From positions 1-11,252 of the forward strand of contig JBHIAI010000053.1 in assembly GCA_046861655.1 (NCBI GenBank): 11,252 bases of DNA. Reading direction: 5' to 3'. This document shows, piece after piece, positions 1 to 6,552 of the stretch (within the stretch, counting starts at the first letter, position 1; every line of letters begins with the position of its first letter). The stretch comes from Fidelibacterota bacterium (GTDB taxonomy: Bacteria > Fidelibacterota > Marinisomatia > Marinisomatales > S15-B10). Both the position numbers and the translations under genes were made by a program. Below the pieces are notes generated by a model, which was not told the DNA's origin, searched no databases, and worked only from the letters and a program-made list of their open reading frames with translations.

Positions 1-661
1 AGAACTCCTTCCTGGTATACCCATACAGGTGTAAGGCCGACCTGTTCACCTCTACGCATTCCCTGGTAGTGGCATCGAAGACTACTGCCGCAACGTTGAT
101 TCCGTCGAAGACCTCCCGGTACCATTCTGAGGATCGCTTCGAATCCTGCAGGGTCTCCTTCAGTTTCTGATTCTCAGTCTCCAATTGAACGGTGCGGTTC
201 TCCAACTTCTGGACCAAGGTTTCGTTGTATTTCTGGTAAAAGATCTCCTCTTCCGAAGCCTGGCTTATGGAAACTGAAGATCTTCTGGAAACAAGACCGT
301 CAATCGTGGCCAGGAGCTTCTCTCTTTCCAGGGGTTTACGCAAATAGGAATCTGCTCCAACATCCTTTCCCAGCTGTTCGTCCTCTTTGTCAACGTAGGA
401 CGCCGAATACAGGATAACAGGGGTGAACTGAACCCTTCGGTCCAACCTGATTTCGCGACATAACTGGAATCCGTCCATCACAGGCATCAGAATGTCTGAA
501 AGGACAAGATCAGGTTTTTCTTTGATCGCTGATTCAAGGGCGGCTTTGCCATTGTCGGCCGTCATGACATCATACCCTTCCTTTTCCAGGATCATTGAAA
601 CGTATTTCAGCATTTGTGGGTCATCGTCCACGATGAGGATTTCCACCGGTTTTTCATTCAT
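1..661 (-). CDS. Response regulator receiver (REC) + coiled coil + PAS protein, 3'-truncated at window edge
   Basis: Not in the ORF track (no stop inside the window). Manual translation from ATG at 661: MNEKPVEILIVDDDPQMLKYV...KPDLVLSDILMPVMDGFQLCREIR...VILYSAS...GADSYLRKP (intact DD, phospho-acceptor D, S and KP of REC), then helical YQKYNETLVQKLENRTVQLE and a PAS start (YREVFDGINVAAVVFD...VEVNRSALHLYGYTRKEF). Frame is open for 220 codons. Confidence 0.93.
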   Translation of the reverse strand, partial: MNEKPVEILIVDDDPQMLKYVSMILEKEGYDVMTADNGKAALESAIKEKPDLVLSDILMPVMDGFQLCREIRLDRRVQFTPVILYSASYVDKEDEQLGKDVGADSYLRKPLEREKLLATIDGLVSRRSSVSISQASEEEIFYQKYNETLVQKLENRTVQLETENQKLKETLQDSKRSSEWYREVFDGINVAAVVFDATTRECVEVNRSALHLYGYTRKEF

Positions 662-746
662 GGCGTTTTTTCTCTAAGAGTCAGGTTGTTGTGGGGCTTT
701 TCCTGGGACAGAGGTGAATTATGTGAGGCAGGAAACAAACAGAGGT

Positions 747-1943
747 TCAGGTTTCCTGGGACCCCCTTCCTCCGGAAGATTCCAGAGGGAGCTGGAGGTT
801 GAAGACGTTTCCCGTTGGCTTGTTGGGATCTGCCCATACCTTTCCCCCATGAGCCGCGGCAATTCTCGCCACGATGGATAGACCCATACCTCGACCACGC
901 TGTGTGGAGGTTCTCAGTTGAATTCGCGGCTGAAATATTCTCTGGCGGTCGTTTTCAGGGATCGTTCTTCCGAAGTCCTTCACGGCGACAATTATTGAGG
1001 AATCTTTCTTTGTCGCCTCGACAACTACCCTCTTACCACTGGAGGCATGCTCGATTGCGTTGCTGATGTAGTTTCTGAGGACCTCTTTGATGATTGGATT
1101 CGCCCGAACCGTTAAGTCCTCTTCCGGTAGATAATCCAGCGTCATTCCGTAGGCTTCGAGAGTGGGCGAAAACTCACTTATCATGTTCCCTATTATTTCC
1201 TTCAGGTCCAAATCCTCCTTTACGATGTCTTCTCCGGTGGCCACTTGAGAGAGCACCGTAGCGTCCTCGAGTACCTTCACCAGATTATCGCAGCACTCCT
1301 GCAAAAGTCTTGCCTCTTCGTTCTCTGGTTTCTCCGCGCGAATCATGCTCACTATACCGCTAATAACACCTACCGGATTCTTCAGGTCGTGGGTTATGAT
1401 GTCCAGGAGCAGTTCCTTCATGCTATTGGATTCAGCCAATTGCCCCGAGAGTATTCGATGTTTCTCTTCACTCCTCCTTAGCCTTTCCTCTCTTCTCTTG
1501 CTTTCGGTGATATCGCGAGAAACCCCCATCAGTCCCACCTGATTTCCCTTGAAATCCTGGAGCACGGATGCCGACAAAAGGGTGGGAAACAGTTCTCCGT
1601 TCTTTCTCCTGTTCACGATTTCTCTGAGATTTCGTTGATCTTTGAGCGTTTTCCTGTACACAGACTCACCTTCGTCAATATCTGAATACAGAATACTGAC
1701 ATGCTTTCCCAGTACTTCATCCTTGAGATACCCAAACGTCTCTTCGGCTGCCTTGTTGAACTCTATGATTCGTCGGTCACTGTCCACAGCAATGATCATG
1801 TCCATTGAACTGTCAATGATGTTTCTTGCGTACTCCTTCGTTCCCTTGAGGTCGTCTATTTGCCGTTCTAACTCAGCTACACGGCTACGAAGCTTGTCCA
1901 CCTCAGACAGGAGTCGTGTACCGGTTTTGTTCTCAGTTTTCAT
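747..1943 (-). CDS. Soluble PAS-domain sensor histidine kinase (HisKA + HATPase_c)
   Basis: PAS (IIDSSMDMIIAVD...FNKAAEETFGY...RRKNGELFP...RDITESKR), H-box ITHDLKNP, N-box NYISNAIEH, G1 DFGRTI, G2 GRGMGLSIV. Start placed at ATG 1943 because GAGGTG lies 6 nt upstream and the ORF-track GTG at 1952 falls inside that SD. No transmembrane segment seen. Confidence 0.93.
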   Translation of the reverse strand: MKTENKTGTRLLSEVDKLRSRVAELERQIDDLKGTKEYARNIIDSSMDMIIAVDSDRRIIEFNKAAEETFGYLKDEVLGKHVSILYSDIDEGESVYRKTLKDQRNLREIVNRRKNGELFPTLLSASVLQDFKGNQVGLMGVSRDITESKRREERLRRSEEKHRILSGQLAESNSMKELLLDIITHDLKNPVGVISGIVSMIRAEKPENEEARLLQECCDNLVKVLEDATVLSQVATGEDIVKEDLDLKEIIGNMISEFSPTLEAYGMTLDYLPEEDLTVRANPIIKEVLRNYISNAIEHASSGKRVVVEATKKDSSIIVAVKDFGRTIPENDRQRIFQPRIQLRTSTQRGRGMGLSIVARIAAAHGGKVWADPNKPTGNVFNLQLPLESSGGRGSQET

Positions 1944-2289
1944 TGGATCCACCTCGCTACTTTGTAGAACGGTCTTGTCATGGTCCCCGGTCCTTGTTTC
2001 CCGTTATGGTGCCGTCCCATTCCCCGAGACTAAGGAATCAGAACTGCGGCGGCTGGGAGAACTTTCTGTCCCCACAGGATTCCTATGCAGCCGCACCAAA
2101 TTTACTGAGTTGTCGCCAACCAGAATAGGCAAATAGGCAGAATTCAAAGGGCCTTCAACCCTGTTCTATCATGTAAGAATCGAGACTTCATTTCAACTTG
2201 TGCATGAACATTTCCATAATTCTAGAGGGACCGTCTTTTTTGCCTGTCTTCTTGCGGGATTGTCGTTGACCCGACCGTTTTTATGGATA

Positions 2290-2426
2290 GCAGTCCGTGA
2301 ACAGCGGGGGCAGGGTAATCCCTTCGAATTCAGCCCCTGTGTGGAGCGTTAAGGATACGGAGTCCTGTGATTCGAGTCACAGGGAAACGCCACGAGTGAT
2401 GGCAATCACTGCAAGAGCTGCCGGAC
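2290..2426 (+). other. Candidate structured 5' leader RNA (multi-branched), family unassigned
   Basis: Nested complementary segments: GTCCG/CGGAC, CAGC/GCTG, GGGGC/GCCCC, AGGG/CCCT, GTGG..CGTT/AACG.CCAC, CCTGTGA/TCACAGG, AGTGAT-GGCA-ATCACT. It ends about 60 nt before the small ORF at 2485. Confidence 0.3.
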
Positions 2427-2484
2427 AGGAATAACTTTACCACAGAAGCTCAGGGTATGAAAACCGTAAAGGAGAAAGCTGATC

Positions 2485-2646
2485 ATGTTTGATCTAGTGA
2501 GGGAACTTTCGACGTGGATGTCACAAGTTGAGATGTCGGACAATGTCGTTGCCCTTCTTTGGGTTACGTTGTTCTGGCTGCCGGCGACCCGGGTTGTGTT
2601 CTTCTGGCTACCCAGGAAATTACGGCAGATCAGGGCTACCGTCTAA
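2485..2646 (+). CDS. Small (53 aa) Trp-rich putative single-pass membrane protein
   Basis: Below the ORF-track cutoff. SD AAGGAG at 2469-2474, ATG 2485, TAA 2644-2646. MFDLVRELSTWMSQVEMSDNVVALLWVTLFWLPATRVVFFWLPRKLRQIRATV: acidic N-terminus, hydrophobic core, basic C-terminal tail. Confidence 0.65.
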   Translation: MFDLVRELSTWMSQVEMSDNVVALLWVTLFWLPATRVVFFWLPRKLRQIRATV

Positions 2647-3361
2647 GATCACACCGGTGAAATCCCGTTCTGGAATTTCATGCTGTTCAAGACTGCCGGC
2701 TGGGGCATGACCTGCCAACCATGTGTCCGGTCAGCGTGGAGCAGTCAGCCCTCATTCTCCCGACCGGGTTCATGACTGAGTTTTGAGTTTGAATCACGCT
2801 ATTTCCAGCGTTCCTAACCCCGTAACTGAATTCTTCTTCCTCCTCTAAGCACGGACGTATTCCAGGGGAGTTGCGTCGTGCTGTCCTCGTTGATCACATA
2901 GATCCTGCGTCCCACGGTTTCCGGTTGCGCAAGATGGTCTCCGGGACTGTCCCCTGCAGGGACTAGAGATGCTGATGGATAGGGGAAACCCTTCGATCAG
3001 GATACGAAACAGACGTACTCTCCTGAGCGGAAGGGGTGGAAGGATTTGGTGCACCCCCAGCCATCTCCATCGTATCCACATTGTTCAGGGGTACCAACCC
3101 ATACAAAGCGTTTTTATCCTACGGTTCCCGACAAGAAATCTCTTTGAAGCGTCGTCAATCCCTTCATAAGTTTCCCCGATTGGGTGGGTGCCTTTCGTGC
3201 TTCCTTCGAATCCTTTTTTCAGGAAAGATTCCGCTGTTTTCACCATTCAACAGGCGTAACGGGAAGAAGAACGTCCAGTCAACAAGCGTCCCATCCGTAG
3301 CTCCAGACTACGACCACAGACCAAGTCTTACCTTAGGTAGGCATAGAAAGGAGAATGATCC

Positions 3362-3679
3362 ATGCTTTTCCACGCAACAATGATGCATACTGAGGACAAC
3401 TGTCCTGGGTACGAGCGTGAGAGGATGCCCGAGGTACTCAGTGCCTTCGAGAATCTCGAATCGCTTGCCAAAGATCTGAGCGTAAAGCTCCATTCCTTTG
3501 TTTGGTGTCCCCCTGACCATGTAGCCTACGTTCTCATCGAGGCTGACGCCCTCAATGTTGTATCCCGTTTTCTTTTTTCAATTCCCATTCGTCAGGAGAT
3601 GAGAATAGTTCCTGTGGAGCCAATACAAGACACTATTGCCATGGGAAAGGCGATGATGGCTGAAGCACAAGGGCGCTAA
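3362..3679 (+). CDS. Small hypothetical protein with H-x4-CP and C-x3-H motifs, probably dimeric alpha+beta barrel (GYD/DUF3303-like)
   Basis: 105 aa, SD AAGGAG 8 nt upstream. Pattern MLFHATMMHTEDNCP...VKLHSFVWCPPDHVAYVLIEAD...EMRIVPV recalls ferredoxin-like barrel proteins. The family assignment is from memory. Confidence 0.75.
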   Translation: MLFHATMMHTEDNCPGYERERMPEVLSAFENLESLAKDLSVKLHSFVWCPPDHVAYVLIEADALNVVSRFLFSIPIRQEMRIVPVEPIQDTIAMGKAMMAEAQGR

Positions 3680-3718
3680 GAGACGGAATCAGAGAAAACA
3701 ACCATAGGAGAAATCACC

Positions 3719-4174
3719 ATGGCAAATGTCGACGTTGTCAGAGAGATACTTCGTCTGGTAGAATCAGGCAAATACGAGGACGCGGGAAACCTGCTGTCCG
3801 ACGGTTTTACCTTTAGCGGTGCCGTTCCGGAGCCTGTGAGTGGGAAGGAATGGCTCGGCTTGCACCGGAAACTGAAGGAAGCCTTTCCGGACTTTTCCTT
3901 TAATGTGAGTGAAATCGAGGAAACAGAGGGGCGGGTGCGTGCCACCATTCAGATCACAGGGACGCATAAGAACGATCTTGACCTATCCGCTATGGGTATC
4001 CCCACGGTGGGGGCCACTGGAAGGTCTGTCAAACTGCCGGTGGAACACCCTGAGTTTGGTGTGGAAGGGGGGAAGGCGACGTCCCTGCACGTCGCGGATG
4101 CGGGACCGGAAGGAGGGGTAGCCGGAATCTTGAAGCAGCTTGGTGTCCAGGAGCCACCTCCGGCCCAGGAGTAA
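3719..4174 (+). CDS. SnoaL-like / ester cyclase (NTF2-fold) protein
   Basis: 151 aa, SD AGGAG 8 nt upstream. Typical motifs AFPDFSFNV, ITGTHKNDL, IPTVGATGRSVKL, GILKQLGV. Confidence 0.88.
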   Translation: MANVDVVREILRLVESGKYEDAGNLLSDGFTFSGAVPEPVSGKEWLGLHRKLKEAFPDFSFNVSEIEETEGRVRATIQITGTHKNDLDLSAMGIPTVGATGRSVKLPVEHPEFGVEGGKATSLHVADAGPEGGVAGILKQLGVQEPPPAQE

Positions 4175-4196
4175 TCACCCAGAGGCGCATCCGAGA

Positions 4197-4215
4197 CGGG
4201 GAGCCTCCCCGGTTT
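4197..4215 (+). terminator. GC-rich hairpin downstream of the SnoaL-like gene, possible weak terminator
   Basis: CGGGGA-GCC-TCCCCG followed by GTTT, 22 nt after the stop, between convergent genes. The U-tract is poor. Confidence 0.3.
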
Positions 4216-4393
4216 GCGGTTTCTCTGCCTTGCGATCACGGGTCTTCTCCCCACATTGTGTCAGCGCGGGCACGTTCTAACGTGGGTGCCGACAGGCAAG
4301 ATGCGTAAGGATTGAGGTGGGATCCCACCCTGTGTTCTGCGCACCCGGGCATGGGTTTGGGAAGGGTCCGGGGCTCTGGGGTGGGGGAGGCGG

Positions 4394-5914
4394 CTAGCGA
4401 AGCTTCTGTTTTGTCTTCATCACGACCTGGGCGTAGGACACATCGAGAGCCTTGGCGATCCTGGTCTTGTTGTTCTGGTATTTGGTCACAAGGTACGAAA
4501 AAAGGTCCTCCTCAAACTTCTTATTCGCCTCCTTCCACTTGAGCGGAATCAAATACCTCAGGTAGTGCTCAAAATGGGGATTGTCGATCACAACGGGCTT
4601 TCTGGCCTCGCCCCTCTTCAATCCCAGTTTCTTCTGGTAAAGAAAATAGGTCCGGGTGTCGATGTCCAGTTGCCTGCACATTTGAGGGGCATTCTTCGTT
4701 CTCTCCAGGTGAAGGTTGAGCAGACTGGTATGAAAGATCCTCCGGATTTCCCTCAGGGTCTTATCCATGGCAAAGCCAAACACTTCCTCCTGAACGTCCA
4801 CCCGGGGGATCTTCTGGTTCCTCCCCAGGAATTCCACGTAAAAGGCCAGCAGTTTTTCCCTGTACCCCACCAACGGCAGCCCAATCTGTACTTCCTTCAT
4901 CAGTTCGGCGTACCCGGCTGAATAGAAGTGGTCCGCGAGACCCACGTCTCCGAGTTTTTCGTGGCACAGTCCCAGCTTGAAATAATCCTCAAAGGCCATG
5001 TCCCGCATTTCATACCGGGTGGTGAGCTGCAGGGACTGGATGTGATAATCGACAGCCTTCCGGTATCTCTTGGACTCAAACTCCAGGTATCCAAGGTTCT
5101 GCAGGGCAAGACTCATATTGTACACAGGGAGATCATCCAGGATGAGTTCCTTGAACAGGGATCTCGCTCTGTCAAGCTCGCCTTTCTTAACCCATACCCA
5201 TCCCAGGTCATTGGTGGCAGAGATCTGATGTTTGGTCAGACCGTACTCACTGGCGATATCCAGTGCCTCATTCAGGTATTCTTCCGCCTTGTCCAGGTCA
5301 TTCATATGGATTAAGATGGAAGCCCTATGCCTCAATATCATTCCCACACGGAAATACTCCCCTGTGGACCTGTAGTGGTTCTCGCACTCTGTTAATAGCT
5401 TCAGGGCGGACTCAGGAGATGTACCTTTCTGGGAAAGTCCGACATAGGTCTGAATGCGCCATCTAAGTTTCTCGTTTTTTGTCAGGTTTGCGGCTGCGTG
5501 AAGAAGGGACAGCGACTCTCTCACATATCCCAACTTGCGGAAGAGATCGGAGACTTCGGCATACGCATAGGCCCTGGCATCGGCGGATAGATTCTTTTCA
5601 AGAGCCAGGCTGAAGGCCGTGAATGCCTTCTGATAGTTTCCGTTGAAGGTATGGTGGTATCCCAAACAGGCCCAGGCGATGCCTCTCTGGTCGGGCGAAT
5701 CCAGTTCAAAGATCCCCGACAGGTCATCGATGGCACCCTCCGGCGTCACAAGATTGAGTCGATAGACGTCCTCCGTTTTTTCCAGGTAGTCGTCGATCGA
5801 AACCTTGGAGATCAATTCCTTTTGGGATGGACCGTCCCCCAGTACCGGGAATAGACTGAGGACCTCAAGAGGCACCAGGTTGCCAGGTGCTTCGTTATCC
5901 TTTGATTTATTCAT
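4394..5914 (-). CDS. TPR-repeat transcriptional regulator with two C-terminal Fis-like HTH domains
   Basis: 506 aa, SD AGGAGG 5 nt upstream. TPR-like helical repeats over aa ~78-340 (AWACLGYHHTFNGNYQKAFTAFSLAL; ATNDLGWVWVKKGELDRARSLF; ALQNLGYLEFESKRYRKAVDYHIQSL; DYFKLGLCHEKLGD). Fis-like segments at aa ~386-432 and ~459-503. Confidence 0.85.
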   Translation of the reverse strand: MNKSKDNEAPGNLVPLEVLSLFPVLGDGPSQKELISKVSIDDYLEKTEDVYRLNLVTPEGAIDDLSGIFELDSPDQRGIAWACLGYHHTFNGNYQKAFTAFSLALEKNLSADARAYAYAEVSDLFRKLGYVRESLSLLHAAANLTKNEKLRWRIQTYVGLSQKGTSPESALKLLTECENHYRSTGEYFRVGMILRHRASILIHMNDLDKAEEYLNEALDIASEYGLTKHQISATNDLGWVWVKKGELDRARSLFKELILDDLPVYNMSLALQNLGYLEFESKRYRKAVDYHIQSLQLTTRYEMRDMAFEDYFKLGLCHEKLGDVGLADHFYSAGYAELMKEVQIGLPLVGYREKLLAFYVEFLGRNQKIPRVDVQEEVFGFAMDKTLREIRRIFHTSLLNLHLERTKNAPQMCRQLDIDTRTYFLYQKKLGLKRGEARKPVVIDNPHFEHYLRYLIPLKWKEANKKFEEDLFSYLVTKYQNNKTRIAKALDVSYAQVVMKTKQKLR

Positions 5915-6276
5915 TGTCTCCTCCTGAAATCAGGCGAAAATATACGAATCGATGGACTTTTCATAGAAAAAAAATGCAGAAGAATCATCTAAATAACAAG
6001 AACAAAACGTGAACTCCTTCTGATGTTTGATTGATTGTGAAAGACAAGCAGGTCCTCCCAGGCTGAACCGCTCCCGATTTGCGCACACATTTCCCGTCCC
6101 TGCCCCAGCGTTCTCTTAGCTGTGGCAGAGCCTCTCCAGATAGCGGCTGGCCGTGGATTCAGCTAGGCGATTCTGGCCAGAACCCGGGCATGGTCATCAC
6201 ACACGCGGCCAGCGTGGCGATGAAACTACCTTTTTTCGTCAGTACCCGACATCGATGTCTCTTCCAGGCGACGGGA

Positions 6277-6489
6277 TTAACTATTCTGGTCCGTCCCAGA
6301 CGAATTCTGGTCTGTGCCAGAGGAGTTCTGGTCCGTGCCAGACGAATTCTGGTCTGTGCCCGAGGAATTCTGGTCCGTGCCAGAGCCAATTTCTTCCATT
6401 GGATCGCTCGAGAGCGGGTTAACGAAATCGCTGCATCCGACTATTCCGATGAAGAATAGTCCCAGTGCAAGGATGAGTCTAGCTTTCAT
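6277..6489 (-). CDS. 70-aa lipoprotein / repeat-peptide precursor with 5 x SGTDQNS
   Basis: SD AGGAGG 5 nt upstream of ATG 6489 (the ORF-track start 6552 coincides with the predicted -35). MKARLILALGLFFIGIVG-C is an SPII-type signal with lipobox IVG|C19, followed by SDFVNPLSSDPMEEIG and (SGTDQNS)5-stop. Repeat differences are all synonymous in this frame. Confidence 0.9.
   Translation of the reverse strand: MKARLILALGLFFIGIVGCSDFVNPLSSDPMEEIGSGTDQNSSGTDQNSSGTDQNSSGTDQNSSGTDQNS
6280..6384 (-). repeat. Coding tandem repeat, 5 x 21 bp
   Basis: Minus-strand units: tct ggc acg gac cag aat tcc / tcg ggc aca gac cag aat tcg / tct ggc acg gac cag aac tcc / tct ggc aca gac cag aat tcg / tct ggg acg gac cag aat agt. 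Confidence 0.98.
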
Positions 6490-6523
6490 GATGCCCTCCT
6501 TTTCGTTTTCTGTTGGACACCGA

Positions 6524-6552
6524 ATTATACCAAAAGAGGCGAACAAGGACAA
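6524..6552 (-). promoter_or_regulatory. Sigma70-type promoter of the repeat-lipoprotein gene
   Basis: Minus strand TTGTCC (6552-6547), 17 nt spacer, TATAAT (6529-6524), with extended -10 TGn. The -10 ends 34 nt upstream of the ATG. Confidence 0.75.

Noticed and set aside
2363..2384. tRNA T-arm-like GTGATTCGAGTCAC
   Set aside because: No G53-C61 pair and no acceptor, D or anticodon arms at the proper spacing.
2650..2720. Cobalamin riboswitch suggested by CCGGTGAAATCCCG...GACCTGCC
   Set aside because: Lacks the upstream AGGGAA, the GCCACTG/GGGAAG elements and the AGYCRG B12-box context.
2861..2946. yybP-ykoY (Mn2+) riboswitch suggested by GGGGAGTTGCGTCG...CCGG...GCAAGA
   Set aside because: The GAGUA core is altered, GCAAGA is not followed by CC to form P1, and the P3 helix does not pair.
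2960..3040. TPP riboswitch (GATCAGGA...CCTGAGCGGAAGGG) or minus-strand glycine riboswitch fragments
   Set aside because: No CUGAGA pyrimidine-sensing segment or UAAU loop for TPP, no CUCUCAGG for glycine, and no cognate downstream gene.
2845..3383. ORFs 2845-3081-, 2969-3169+, 3036-3383+
   Set aside because: Mutually overlapping, composition not protein-like and no convincing SD; the region is treated as non-coding.
6280..6384. CRISPR array or non-coding VNTR
   Set aside because: Units are contiguous with no spacers, no cas genes are present, and variation is purely synonymous in one reading frame.
6277..6489. Multi-core RiPP precursor
   Set aside because: No modifying enzyme, protease or exporter in the window, and the leader is a lipoprotein signal rather than a RiPP leader. 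Trans-acting enzymes elsewhere cannot be excluded.
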